Assembly (NCBI GenBank): GCA_026015185.1
Contig: JAOZGX010000070.1
Span: forward strand, 2,378-66,377
Source: Candidatus Bathyarchaeota archaeon
GTDB lineage: Archaea; Thermoproteota; Bathyarchaeia; 40CM-2-53-6; RBG-13-38-9
Direction: 5' to 3'
Length of the DNA: 64,000 nt
This document shows, piece by piece, positions 19,064-29,251 of this stretch. The position numbers were made by a program, and so were the translations under genes. Position 1 is the first letter of the stretch; each line of letters opens with the position of its first letter. The notes below the pieces were generated by a model, which was not told the DNA's origin, ran no database searches, and saw only the letters and a list, made by a program, of their open reading frames with translations.

Positions 19064-19309
19064 TTATCTTAGGGGCTTTTTTTCTAAAACTTTGTTAATA
19101 TAAACAAGAAGTTCAAAACCTTCTGTGCCTTTTACATCAATTTGTTCTAGAACATTCCTATCATTGAATAAATATACGGAAGTATCATGGTCATCTTCAT
19201 CAGTCCAAGAATATTGGAGCGCCGTAATTCTATAACCTCTTTGCAGAAGGCGTTCCAACTTTTCTAATGACTTTTTCATTTGATGACCTTCAGAATATGG
19301 TACCAACAC
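19064..19309 (-). CDS. Hypothetical protein (81 aa) immediately upstream of AbrB-like copy 2
   Basis: ORF only; no recognisable motif. It lies 8 nt upstream of the mini-protein on the same strand. Confidence 0.3.
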   Translation of the reverse strand: MLVPYSEGHQMKKSLEKLERLLQRGYRITALQYSWTDEDDHDTSVYLFNDRNVLEQIDVKGTEGFELLVYINKVLEKKPLR

Positions 19310-19711
19310 ACAATAGATTCTTTCTATTAGCTCGCTGTATCAGAGCGTCCTTAGATAGATATTAAATACTAATTTCTCATTTAAAGTGTTATCGACCACT
19401 GACAGTTAGGTTGAGCGACGTACACAAATTGGTAAAACTATTGGGGATTATCTTTATTCTGCTAGTTGGATGGGAATTGGTTATTGTTTTAAAAGGTTCT
19501 GGTGACTGGAACTGTTAACTTCATCGCACATCAATCTTGGTGTTAACCATCGGCACATGCTATGGATGTTGCAAAAAATTAGTCCTGATATCTAACTATT
19601 TTATAAAACATATATCTAAACATCTAGAGAGCTATTATTTAGCGAAATCATTACATAGTAGATTTAACAAGATTTATTTTCACTATTTATTTTTAAGGAT
19701 GGAAATGCTGA

Positions 19712-20749
19712 ATGAAAGCTGTACTTAAAAGAGATACGAAACCTGGAATCGAAGTTGGCGAGATTGAAAAGCCAGAGATTGGCTCAAGAGATGTACTTGT
19801 AAAAGTTAAAGCAACAGCATATTGTGGTTCCGATATTCACTTATATCACTGGGATGGGCAAGCTATAAAATGGAATCCTCCGTTACCCAAAATACTTGGA
19901 CACGAATTTAGTGGCGACGTTGTAGAGGTTGGCGAACATGTCAGATCAATCAAGGTTGGAGACATCATAGCTGCAGAGACTCATATTCCTTGTGAAGAAT
20001 GTTATATGTGTAAAACCGGTAGGATGCACATATGTGAAAATATGCAAATATTTGGTTGTCATACAGACACAGGTTCTTTCGCAGAGTATGCAGCAATCCC
20101 TGAGACAATTGCTTATAAATTGCCTGAAGGGACCACGTATGAGGAAGGAGCATTATATGAGCCCTGCGGAGTTGCCATGCATGCTGTTCAAAGAGCCCAT
20201 CCAGAACCTGGCGATACCGCAGTTGTATTAGGTTGCGGACCGATAGGCATCTATGCACAACAAATTATGAACGCACTTGGTTCAAGAGTTGTAGCTACAG
20301 ACATAAAACCTTTCAGAATTGAGCATGCAAAAAAGATAGGTGCTGCAAGGGAAGTTATTGATGCGTCCAAAGGTGATGTAATATCAAAAATCAAATCAGC
20401 CATTGGAGAACGGGGAGCAGATATCGTTTTTGAAGGAGCTGGATCGACCACCACAATTCAACAAGCATTAGAAGCGGTCGCACTTTGTGGCAGAGTTGTA
20501 CTATTTGGAGCATGTCCAGATAATCCAACCTTGGATACTTCGAGCTTTATTACATATAAAGAGATAGATGTTCTAGGAATGACTGGTAGATATATGTATG
20601 ATACTTGGTTCAGGGTTCAAAGATTTGTTGAGGATAAAAAAATAGATCTAACTTCTGTAGTAACTCACAAACTTCCACTAGATAAAGCCGAAGAGGGTTT
20701 TCAGCTAATAATGAAAGGCGAAGCTTCCAAAGTATTATTGCTGCCATAA
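19712..20749 (+). CDS. tdh: Zn-dependent alcohol dehydrogenase family, L-threonine 3-dehydrogenase-like
   Basis: Catalytic Cys (TAYCGSDIH), GHEFSGDV, and a structural-zinc CEECYMCKTGRMHIC motif. The N-terminus parallels Tdh (...YHWD). Confidence 0.6.
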   Translation: MKAVLKRDTKPGIEVGEIEKPEIGSRDVLVKVKATAYCGSDIHLYHWDGQAIKWNPPLPKILGHEFSGDVVEVGEHVRSIKVGDIIAAETHIPCEECYMCKTGRMHICENMQIFGCHTDTGSFAEYAAIPETIAYKLPEGTTYEEGALYEPCGVAMHAVQRAHPEPGDTAVVLGCGPIGIYAQQIMNALGSRVVATDIKPFRIEHAKKIGAAREVIDASKGDVISKIKSAIGERGADIVFEGAGSTTTIQQALEAVALCGRVVLFGACPDNPTLDTSSFITYKEIDVLGMTGRYMYDTWFRVQRFVEDKKIDLTSVVTHKLPLDKAEEGFQLIMKGEASKVLLLP

Positions 20750-20799
20750 TAACTAAAAAAGGATTAATTGGATAACAAGAATTGAGCAACTTCATTTAC

Positions 20800-20817
20800 T
20801 TTTTTTTATTTTTTTTT
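20800..20817 (+). terminator. Oligo-T terminator after the tdh-like gene
   Basis: T8AT2T7 run about 50 nt after the stop. Confidence 0.4.
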
Positions 20818-20854
20818 AATAGCAATATCAAACTATTTTTGTTAAAATTCGTTT

Positions 20855-21445
20855 GTGAATTTGACTAATGGTGAAAATATGTCAAAAATTGAAAATAACA
20901 TTGAGAAAGAAGCAGTTTTGACTGGCGCCAAACTTATGGCCGGTAGTGCAAGAACTGCTCCTAAAGGTCGTGGATTGGATAGGACATCAATTAGACTTTT
21001 AATAGACGATGAAATCATTCGATTAGCAGAAATGATGGGAAAGAAATCTGAGAAAAAAACAATAGGCAAAGCTTTTAAAAGAGATGCAAAAAATGTGAGA
21101 AATTCCCAAGCGATCCTTCTTCTAGGCGTTAATGGTACAGTGCCAAAAAAACCTGAGGATCCTATAAATTGTGGAGCATGTGGTTTTAAAGGATGCTCTG
21201 AATTCATGGAAATTAAAAAGAATAAAGGAGAAGATTTTGTAGGTCCCTTATGTGTTTTTGAGATCTTGGATCTTGGCATAGCTATTGGTTCAGCAGTTAA
21301 ATTAGCTAGCTACTTCAACATTGATAATAGAATCATGTATACTATTGGGGCCGCAGCAAAGGAGTTGGAACTGCTTGATTCAGATTTGATTATAGGCATT
21401 CCATTAAACGCTAGTGGTAAGAACATATATTTTGATAGAACGTAG
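20855..21445 (+). CDS. DUF2148/COG4739-like ferredoxin-domain protein
   Basis: About 190 aa with a CGACGFKGC cysteine cluster. The start is probably at the internal Met at 20879. Confidence 0.4.
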   Translation: MNLTNGENMSKIENNIEKEAVLTGAKLMAGSARTAPKGRGLDRTSIRLLIDDEIIRLAEMMGKKSEKKTIGKAFKRDAKNVRNSQAILLLGVNGTVPKKPEDPINCGACGFKGCSEFMEIKKNKGEDFVGPLCVFEILDLGIAIGSAVKLASYFNIDNRIMYTIGAAAKELELLDSDLIIGIPLNASGKNIYFDRT

Positions 21446-21627
21446 TATTACCGTCTAATTTACTTTTTCATATTATGATAATTTAGTCCTATTAGAAATT
21501 CAATACACCAAAAAAGCTACTAGGAAACAAAGCTTAATACAATAAAAATATCTTACTTTTGATAAAAGAGGGTATTTACCGATACTGAGGAAGTTTTAAT
21601 CTCATTTTTTATGGGGCCCTGAATTAA

Positions 21628-21966
21628 ATGGACGCAGATATGGAAAAAGCATGGAGGGAGCGTTTGGTCAAAAGTAATTTAGATCTGATAATATTATCGC
21701 TGTTGAAGACAAAATCGCGGTGGGGCTATGAAATTAATATGGAAATCAAAGAACATTTCAAAGTATATCTTAGTGCAGGTACATTGTACCCATTATTGCA
21801 TTCCTTAGAAGATAAAAGATATATAGAAGGAATTTGGGAGTCTGAAAAAGGCAGAGGTCGTAGAATCTACAAAATCACACAAGAAGGAGAAGATTACCTG
21901 GCAACCGGAGAGAGGATCTCTCAAGAACTAATGAAAAGGATCCGAGTTGAATACGAGACTTCTTAA
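21628..21966 (+). CDS. PadR-family transcriptional regulator
   Basis: Winged-helix with the ...GYEI...SAGTLYPLLHSLEDKRYIEG... PadR signature. Confidence 0.7.
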   Translation: MDADMEKAWRERLVKSNLDLIILSLLKTKSRWGYEINMEIKEHFKVYLSAGTLYPLLHSLEDKRYIEGIWESEKGRGRRIYKITQEGEDYLATGERISQELMKRIRVEYETS

Positions 21967-21983
21967 AGGACTGGTATTTTCAC

Positions 21984-22520
21984 ATGAGCAAGTTCATAAG
22001 TATTATAAAAAGGCATGAATGGATCAGACTCTTAATTTTAGCTGTAGTATTAATCTCCGCATCAAATTTGGCTTGGTTTGGTTTAAGAGTTGCACTTAAT
22101 GCTGAACATCCGATTCTGGTTGTTGTTTCTGGAAGCATGGTTCCAACATTAAACGCAGGTGATATAATAGCGGTTCGGGGCTCACAACCTGAAAATATAG
22201 CGGTAGGAACAATAATTGTATTTCATAGTCCAAGAGATTATGATACACTCATAGTACATAGAGTAATAGAAAAAGTAGATTACAACGAAGGCATAGGCTT
22301 CAAGACTAAAGGCGATTTCAATCTCTTTGCAGATACTTGGATAGTCCCATCAAATTATGTAATCGGAACCTATATCGGAAGAGTGCCTTATATTGGCTTA
22401 GTAGTAATGAAATTGAAAGAACCAGCTGGAATGGGCTTTATTATTTTCATTATAGCAGTATTACTAATAATAGAGCTTATGGAATCAAGAAAAAAGAAAT
22501 CAATCTCATCACCTAATTAA
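21984..22520 (+). CDS. Signal peptidase I (S26/Sec11-type)
   Basis: An N-terminal TM helix followed by the catalytic-Ser box VVSGSMVPTL. Confidence 0.7.
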   Translation: MSKFISIIKRHEWIRLLILAVVLISASNLAWFGLRVALNAEHPILVVVSGSMVPTLNAGDIIAVRGSQPENIAVGTIIVFHSPRDYDTLIVHRVIEKVDYNEGIGFKTKGDFNLFADTWIVPSNYVIGTYIGRVPYIGLVVMKLKEPAGMGFIIFIIAVLLIIELMESRKKKSISSPN

Positions 22521-22597
22521 ATTTTAGAATTTCTTTTGTATTAGAATTCTAACATTGACTTATTTCATAAACTACTATCTCTTAAAAGGGGAATATT

Positions 22598-23353
22598 TTG
22601 AATAGTGATAGACGAAATTCTTCAAAAGGCCTGAGTGAGCAAGAAAAAATACGGTATGATAGACAGATCATATTGCCTGGAATCGGATTAGATGGTCAAA
22701 AAAAGCTTAAGAACTCAAAAGTATTCATAGCGGGCGCTGGCGGATTAGGTAGTCCAATTTCAATTTATTTAGCAACAGCCGGAGTTGGGCAAATAACGAT
22801 TGTGGATAAAGATAATGTTGAACTGAGTAATTTGAATCGCCAAATACTTCATTGGGAAAAGGATTTAGATCGTGCGAAAACTGAATCGGCTAAAGAGAAG
22901 CTAAAAATGATAAATTCTGATATAATAATTGAGACAATTACTGCCCAAATTGATGAAAAAAACGCATTTGATTTGATTAAGAGCTCTGATGTGATTCTGG
23001 ATGCTATGGACAATTTCCCAACAAGATTTATTCTAAACAAGGTAGCGCTTGAGCTCGATATTCCATTTATACACGGAGCGATATATGGATTAGAAGGGAG
23101 AACAACCACTATAATTCCAAATAGAACTGCTTGTCTTAGATGCCTTTTTAAAGAAAGCCCACCAGAAAGGGCCTTTCCAGTATTAGGTGTGACGTCAGGA
23201 ATTATCGGTATTATTGAAGCTACTGAAGCAATAAAGTTCTTAACAGGAGTCGGGGAATTGTTAGAAAATAGATTACTGATATTCGATGGCGAATTTTTAA
23301 AATTTTATGAGATTGAAATCTCAAAAGATCAGAATTGTCCTGATTGTGGCTAA
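22598..23353 (+). CDS. E1-like ThiF/MoeB/UbaA adenylyltransferase
   Basis: RYDRQI...GAGGLGSP Rossmann motif. C-terminal CxxC...CPDCG zinc knuckle. Confidence 0.7.
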   Translation: MNSDRRNSSKGLSEQEKIRYDRQIILPGIGLDGQKKLKNSKVFIAGAGGLGSPISIYLATAGVGQITIVDKDNVELSNLNRQILHWEKDLDRAKTESAKEKLKMINSDIIIETITAQIDEKNAFDLIKSSDVILDAMDNFPTRFILNKVALELDIPFIHGAIYGLEGRTTTIIPNRTACLRCLFKESPPERAFPVLGVTSGIIGIIEATEAIKFLTGVGELLENRLLIFDGEFLKFYEIEISKDQNCPDCG

Positions 23354-23452
23354 TTATTTTTTCTTAGAGACTGGAATTTCAATGAATCATTTATATACTC
23401 TTCCAGATCTACTTTTTCCATTAAAATTTCTTGACTTTAACTCGACACATAC

Positions 23453-24028
23453 TTGCTGAGGTATTATTACTTGTCCGAGGATAAAATATTCATAAATATC
23501 GAGAATGTCGTGGCTTCGGCTACTTTGAAACAAAATATTGACTTGAACGCTATTGTAAGGATATTTCCTGGAGTTGAATATAGACCAGAGCAGTTCCCAG
23601 GATTAGTTTATCGCATTAAAAAGCCTAAAACAGCAACTTTAATATTCAGTTCTGGAAAAATGGTGTGCACTGGGGCAAAGTCTGCACGACAAGTAAGGAA
23701 AGCTGTTTTTAAAGTAATTGATGATCTTAAGAATAATGGAATTGTTATTGTTGGAAAACCCGATATACAAATACAGAACATTGTAGCGTCTGCAGGACTT
23801 GGAGGATACATTGATTTGGAAAAATGTGCTGTATCTCTTGAAAAAATGATGTATGAACCAGAGCAGTTCCCAGGATTAATTTACAGAATGGGCGAGCCAA
23901 AAACTGTAATGCTCTTATTCTCAAGCGGTAAGCTCGTATGTACTGGTACAAAGAAAGAAGAGGATGTTGAAAAAGCAGTAAAAAAATTAAAAGAGATCCT
24001 CGAATCGAAGGATCTTATTCATTATTAG
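23453..24028 (+). CDS. tbp: TATA-box-binding protein
   Basis: Two direct TBP repeats (IENVVAS...EQFPGLVYR and IQNIVAS...EQFPGLIYR). The called TTG start may be a few codons too far upstream. Confidence 0.9.
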   Translation: MLRYYYLSEDKIFINIENVVASATLKQNIDLNAIVRIFPGVEYRPEQFPGLVYRIKKPKTATLIFSSGKMVCTGAKSARQVRKAVFKVIDDLKNNGIVIVGKPDIQIQNIVASAGLGGYIDLEKCAVSLEKMMYEPEQFPGLIYRMGEPKTVMLLFSSGKLVCTGTKKEEDVEKAVKKLKEILESKDLIHY

Positions 24029-24152
24029 ATATGTTATCTATCTATCAAATATTTTTTTTATTTTTGACTATTAATTATAATTATACTCTTACAGTAAAGC
24101 CTAATTCAATTTGTTAATAATTTAGTTGTAAAATTTTTAGAGGAAGATCAAT

Positions 24153-24446
24153 TTGGTTATAGCAGAAATTTCTGTAATTCCATTAGGATCTGGTGCAAGC
24201 GTTTCAAAATTTGTTAAAGCTGCTTTGAAGGCAATTAAATCAAGTAAAGTAAAATTCACTGTTGGGCCTATGAGTACAACTATCGAAACAGATTCTATCG
24301 ATGAACTCCTTGAGGTTATTAAAAAAGTACACGAATCTGTTTTCGAGATGGGTTCAAAGAGAGTTGTAACTTCAATAAAAATTGATGATAGAAGAGATAG
24401 GAATTCATCTATTCAGCGTAAACTAAACTCAATTAAAGATCATTAA
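24153..24446 (+). CDS. MTH1187/YkoF-family thiamine-binding-like protein
   Basis: 97 aa. 'IAEISVIPLGSGASVS...TVGPMSTTIE...RVVTSIKIDDRRD' matches the family consensus. Confidence 0.55.
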   Translation: MVIAEISVIPLGSGASVSKFVKAALKAIKSSKVKFTVGPMSTTIETDSIDELLEVIKKVHESVFEMGSKRVVTSIKIDDRRDRNSSIQRKLNSIKDH

Positions 24447-24490
24447 TCTTAGCCAGATTCTATATAAGAGCAAATAGAATAGACTTGAGT

Positions 24491-25246
24491 TCATATTTTT
24501 TCTGATGTTTTGAAAAGCCATTCAAAATATTCTCTGGCGAATTTTGCTAAACCTAAGTGTTCAGAACAGATCGCCAATGGTTCACTATCCTCAGTTTCAC
24601 TTCCCAAAAGAAGCAATACTTCTTTACCATCTGCGATAATTCCACCGCCAAACATCTTATCTCTTACCCTTATTTCAGCGATTTTCTTAAATTTTTTCAA
24701 TATTTTTGCACTGTCTTCAGTAGCAAGGATTGTAATTTTTATCCCTTTTGATTCCAAGTACATCAGAACTGGAGAAATTCTTTGGGCTATACTTCGGGAT
24801 ATTAAAGGCAAAGCGATAAGGATTTCTTTTTTCGATTTGCTTATTGTATCACCAATTCTATCAGTAATATTGCTCTCTCCCCTTAGAATCCATATTTCAG
24901 GCTTCTCAAGACTCTCTTTACTTTCATACAACGGCTGTAATTCACTCAAGATCTGATTCTCATTTTTTTTATGAATAGATTCAAGTCGAATTTTAGTATC
25001 TTCTATGGCTAGGGACGGGGATTTAGCTTTAAAATTCTTTGGCCTACTATCGTCAGATTCAATCCAACCTTTTTGCTCTAAATTCAGTAATATTTCGTAG
25101 ACTTTAGAATATGGTACATTTGATTGCTTACTTATCTCAGTAGCGTTCATCTGTCCAAATTTCAAAAGAGATAGATAACTACGAATTTCATTTTCTAATA
25201 GCCCAAATTCATGCATCGATTTTTTAGTTCTTTCACTTATGGACAT
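24491..25246 (-). CDS. TrmB-family transcriptional regulator
   Basis: N-terminal winged helix (LLENEIRSYLSLLKFGQMNATEISKQSNVPYSKVYEIL), a C-terminal TrmB-like domain, 251 aa. Confidence 0.7.
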   Translation of the reverse strand: MSISERTKKSMHEFGLLENEIRSYLSLLKFGQMNATEISKQSNVPYSKVYEILLNLEQKGWIESDDSRPKNFKAKSPSLAIEDTKIRLESIHKKNENQILSELQPLYESKESLEKPEIWILRGESNITDRIGDTISKSKKEILIALPLISRSIAQRISPVLMYLESKGIKITILATEDSAKILKKFKKIAEIRVRDKMFGGGIIADGKEVLLLLGSETEDSEPLAICSEHLGLAKFAREYFEWLFKTSEKI

Positions 25247-25357
25247 GATTTATCTTTCACACTTTTCTATGTATGAATTGTTTGAAAAAGTTCATATAGG
25301 ATTAAGTATGACCAAAGAAAATAAGGTTTTTTTAACATTTATCGGAGACAATAAATT

Positions 25358-26863
25358 TTGTCCACAACAATATTAAGAAAGACAGAAAGTATATGCCCAG
25401 TCTGTCTAAAAGTTATTGATGCTGAATTATTCATTGATAATGATAATAAAGTTAAGATAAGAAAAGAGTGTAAGGAACACGGTCCTTGTGTTGATACCTA
25501 TACATTCTCATCTCCAGAGTTGTACACTTGGGCTGAGAAATTTGCCCATAGAGGAACAACAATAGAAAACCCAAGAACCTCTACTAAATTAAAGTGTCCT
25601 CACGATTGTGGTATCTGCCCAGAACATAAGTCTCATACAGTTTTGGCAATAATCGATCTAACCAATAGATGTAATCTAAAATGCCCCATCTGTTTTGCAA
25701 ATGCCGCCGCAGCAGGATATGTTTATGAGCCATCTATTGATGAGATTAAAGGAATTATTAAAAATCTGAGAACTAATACCCCAATTCCACCCCCTGCATT
25801 GCAGTTCAGCGGTGGAGAACCGACACTAATAGATGAACTTCCGGATTTGATCATAGCTGCGAAAAAAGAAGGCTTCAAGCATATTGAAGTAAATACAAAT
25901 GGGATACGATTTGCTAATGATATCAGTTTTTTCAAAAAATGCATTGATGCTGGATTGAATACGATATATCTTCAATTCGATGGCCTAGATGACGGAATAT
26001 ACAGAAAGACAAGAGGTGTCCCTCTTTTTGATATAAAATTGAAGGTAATTGAAAATGCTAAAAAATTGAACTTTGCAAGCATTGTCTTAGTGGTTACTTT
26101 AGTACGTGGAATTAATGATGATCAAATTGGACGAATTATAGACTTTGCATTAGAAAATCATAAAGTCATTAGATGTGTTAATGTTCAACCTGTTTCGATA
26201 ACTGGCAGAATAAATCCAGAAGAACGCAAGTCTATGCGAATAAATACAACAGACTTTATGAAAATTATTCAAGAACAGACTGATGGTTTGATAAGAACTA
26301 GTGATTTCTACCCAGTACCTTCGGTAATACCCATATCTTGGGCAGTTGGAGCACTTAAGAAGAAAAAATATTTCGAGTTCTCTACAAGCCCTTGGTGTGG
26401 GGTAGGAACTTTTTTAGTAAAAAGTAAAGAGAAATGGTTACCAATTACCGATCTATCAAATTTTGAAAAATTCTTAAAGAGTATGGAAAAGGTCTATGAG
26501 GAGGCTTCAAAAGGACATAAATTACTTGCTAGGCTGTATGCATTTGCATCTTTAAGACATCTTAAAGGACGATTAATAAGGGAATTAATGTGGCCAGTTC
26601 TAAAGGAAGGAAATTATAGAGCTCTTGGGAATTTCATGTATAATGTAGTCATGGTTGGATGCATGCATTTTATGGATCCTTATAATTTTGATCTTCAAAG
26701 ACTACAAAGCTGTGTGATTCATTATGGCTTACCTGATGGAACAATAAGACCCTTCTGCTCAATGAACTCTCTGCATAGAGCTGAAGTAGAAAAGAATTTT
26801 TCGATGCCATATGATGAATGGGTAAAGAAGAGAAAAGAGCGCAGGATTTCACAAAAAGCTTAG
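25358..26863 (+). CDS. Radical-SAM protein with N-terminal zinc ribbon, Tes/MJ0619-family-like (tetraether-lipid synthase candidate)
   Basis: CPVC...CKEHGPC ribbon, then two Cx3Cx2C motifs (CPHDCGIC and CNLKCPIC). About 500 aa with no B12 domain. Confidence 0.45.
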   Translation: MSTTILRKTESICPVCLKVIDAELFIDNDNKVKIRKECKEHGPCVDTYTFSSPELYTWAEKFAHRGTTIENPRTSTKLKCPHDCGICPEHKSHTVLAIIDLTNRCNLKCPICFANAAAAGYVYEPSIDEIKGIIKNLRTNTPIPPPALQFSGGEPTLIDELPDLIIAAKKEGFKHIEVNTNGIRFANDISFFKKCIDAGLNTIYLQFDGLDDGIYRKTRGVPLFDIKLKVIENAKKLNFASIVLVVTLVRGINDDQIGRIIDFALENHKVIRCVNVQPVSITGRINPEERKSMRINTTDFMKIIQEQTDGLIRTSDFYPVPSVIPISWAVGALKKKKYFEFSTSPWCGVGTFLVKSKEKWLPITDLSNFEKFLKSMEKVYEEASKGHKLLARLYAFASLRHLKGRLIRELMWPVLKEGNYRALGNFMYNVVMVGCMHFMDPYNFDLQRLQSCVIHYGLPDGTIRPFCSMNSLHRAEVEKNFSMPYDEWVKKRKERRISQKA

Positions 26864-28020
26864 TTTTTAAATGTCTTTAGAATTTCGTAAGTCGTAGTTC
26901 TCTGTGCAGGAATTCTCCCTGCATCTTTTATTAATCTGATTATTTCTGATGATATCAAGTATTGGCCAGATGAAGAACCTGCTGATTTTGAAATATTTTC
27001 TTCTATGAGTGTGCCTCCAAAATCATCAGCGCCTGCATTCAAGCAAAATTGAGCAAATTTTGGTCCAAGTTTTACCCATGAGACCTGGATGTGATTTATG
27101 TATCCATCCAGCATAAGCCTTGAGACCGCATACATTTTTATGTCGTCTAAACCAGAAGCACCAGCATGTGCTAAACCTTTTTTGTATATTGGAGTATTTG
27201 GATATACAAAGCTTAACGGAACAAATTCTGTAAATCCAGATGTTTCTTTTTGAATCTCTTTCAATATAGTAAGATGTTCGACCCAATGTTTTGGTCTATC
27301 TACATGCCCATACATAATAGTCGATGTGGTTGGAATGCCCAATTTATGAGCTGTCTTAATCACATTACACCAAGTCTCTACATCAACTTTTTCTGGGCAA
27401 ATAATTTTTCTAATTTCATCATTCAAAATTTCTGCTGATGTGCCAGGCATGCTATCTAATCCAGCATCCTTCAGCATCATTAAAAATTCTTTTATATTAT
27501 ATCCGGCTTTCTCAGCAGCGTACACTATCTCAGTCGGAGAAAATGCATGGATGTGAATCTTTGGGAATTCTCTTTTAATGTGTTTACAAACTTCAACATA
27601 AAAAGAGGAATTGATACTTTCATTGAGTCCTCCTTGAATGCATACCTCAGTAGCACCTAAATTATGAGCCTGCCTTACCTTTTCAATTATCTGTTTCAAA
27701 GAGAGCTTGTATGTATTCGTATCTTTTGGTGACTTTCTAAAAGCACAAAATCCGCAATTCGCATCGCATATGTTGGTAAAATTTATGTTCTGATTGATAA
27801 CAAAAGTCACAGTTTCGCCAATGGATCTTTTTCTGATTTCATCAGCAACGAATATTAAAGCAGATAATTCCTTTCCTTTAGACTTAAAAAGTTCTTCAGC
27901 TTCGTTAATCCTAATCTCCTTTCCATTAATAGCTCTCTCCAGAATCTCAGCTAGAATCGGATCAATTCTTTTCCAAAGTTTTTCAATTTTAACCTCTTTG
28001 CTAAAGAACATCTCAGTCAA
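26860..28020 (-). CDS. cofH: FO synthase subunit CofH (radical SAM)
   Basis: CDANCGFC radical-SAM motif. Paired with cofG in the domain order seen in fused FbiC. Confidence 0.7.
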   Translation of the reverse strand: MTEMFFSKEVKIEKLWKRIDPILAEILERAINGKEIRINEAEELFKSKGKELSALIFVADEIRKRSIGETVTFVINQNINFTNICDANCGFCAFRKSPKDTNTYKLSLKQIIEKVRQAHNLGATEVCIQGGLNESINSSFYVEVCKHIKREFPKIHIHAFSPTEIVYAAEKAGYNIKEFLMMLKDAGLDSMPGTSAEILNDEIRKIICPEKVDVETWCNVIKTAHKLGIPTTSTIMYGHVDRPKHWVEHLTILKEIQKETSGFTEFVPLSFVYPNTPIYKKGLAHAGASGLDDIKMYAVSRLMLDGYINHIQVSWVKLGPKFAQFCLNAGADDFGGTLIEENISKSAGSSSGQYLISSEIIRLIKDAGRIPAQRTTTYEILKTFKN

Positions 28021-28023
28021 TAT

Positions 28024-29217
28024 TCAGTCTGACCTTCTTACATATCCTTCATTATCAGCCAAAGAAAAAACCTTATCCTTTATAGATTTTGACATGAATT
28101 CAGATTTTCTAATATATTTTGGATATATCGGCAGTCTTTCTTTAAAGTCAAATCCATTATTTTTAGTAATTTTCTCCAAATCTTCAATCTTTGGCCAAGG
28201 AAAATCTGGATTTATAAAATCCATCGTTATAGGTGATATTCCGCCCCAATCGTCTATCCCAGCAAGAATGGATAACTCGTAATAATTCGTATTCAAATTA
28301 GGCGGGATCTGAATACTCATGTCTTTGCCAAAAATCAATCTTGTCATTATTACTATCTTTAGAAGCTGTTCAATTATCGGTTCTTTACTATTTTCCATCT
28401 CAGTTCTAGGCTCAGCTCTAAAATTCTGAACAATAATCTCTTGTATATGATCATATTTGTCATGCAACTTCTTTATTGCAAAAAGTGAATCGATTATTTC
28501 TTTGTCGTTTTCTCCTATTCCTATCAACAACCCAGTTGTGAAAGGTATTTTTAGTTGGCCTGCATGATCAATTACATCAAGTCTTAATTTTGGAGTCTTT
28601 CCTGGACTTAATTCATGAGGCCCTCCCTTTTCACTTAGCCTATTGCTAGTAGATTCAAGCATAAGACCAAGGCTAGCATTGAATTCTTTCAAAGTTTTCA
28701 TTTCGTTTTTATCGATAAGCCCTGGATTACTGTGTGGCAACAAATTGGTTTTTTTAAAAACAGTTTCACATATATGACATAAATATTCTATAGTATTTTC
28801 ATAACCTAGTTTCTTTAGTCTCTTCAAATAATCTTTATACTTTTTTTCAGGTTTTTCGCCAAGACAAAATAAAGCTTCATGACAACCTGAAGCATCTCCC
28901 TTTTGAGCTAAATCAACAACTTGAGAAGGGGTCATAAGTTTAGCGTCAGTTTCAATTGGATCTCTTCTGAATCCGCAATATTTACACATATTACTACAAA
29001 TGTTGGTTAAAGGTATGAAGACATTTTTTGAATAACTGATTTTTTTTTCATTCGAACGATCTCTAATTATAGAACTGGCAGCCATCAGCATAGGCAAACA
29101 AGAATTATCTGCTTCAATAATGTAATTAGCTTCCTGTCTAGAGATAGTTTTTCCTTTAAAACATCTTAAGATGGATTCTTTAATTTCAGGTGCAATATCT
29201 TTAGATAAAGAGTTCAT
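28024..29217 (-). CDS. cofG: FO synthase subunit CofG (radical SAM)
   Basis: CSNMCKYCGF radical-SAM motif. Lies upstream of cofH. Confidence 0.7.
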   Translation of the reverse strand: MNSLSKDIAPEIKESILRCFKGKTISRQEANYIIEADNSCLPMLMAASSIIRDRSNEKKISYSKNVFIPLTNICSNMCKYCGFRRDPIETDAKLMTPSQVVDLAQKGDASGCHEALFCLGEKPEKKYKDYLKRLKKLGYENTIEYLCHICETVFKKTNLLPHSNPGLIDKNEMKTLKEFNASLGLMLESTSNRLSEKGGPHELSPGKTPKLRLDVIDHAGQLKIPFTTGLLIGIGENDKEIIDSLFAIKKLHDKYDHIQEIIVQNFRAEPRTEMENSKEPIIEQLLKIVIMTRLIFGKDMSIQIPPNLNTNYYELSILAGIDDWGGISPITMDFINPDFPWPKIEDLEKITKNNGFDFKERLPIYPKYIRKSEFMSKSIKDKVFSLADNEGYVRRSD

Positions 29218-29251
29218 ATGTCACCGAATTTAACAATCAAATATTGCATAT

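Noticed and set aside
17520-19320. Prophage or integrative element at the repeat/tRNA-fragment island
   Set aside because: No integrase, transposase, capsid or replication gene is present. Only small ORFs and repeats are seen, so no mobile element is called.
23453-23473. TBP N-terminus 'MLRYYYLSEDK' as a genuine extension
   Set aside because: The called start is a TTG. A downstream TTG (LSEDK...) gives a more typical TBP length, so the exact start is uncertain. This was not pursued as a finding.
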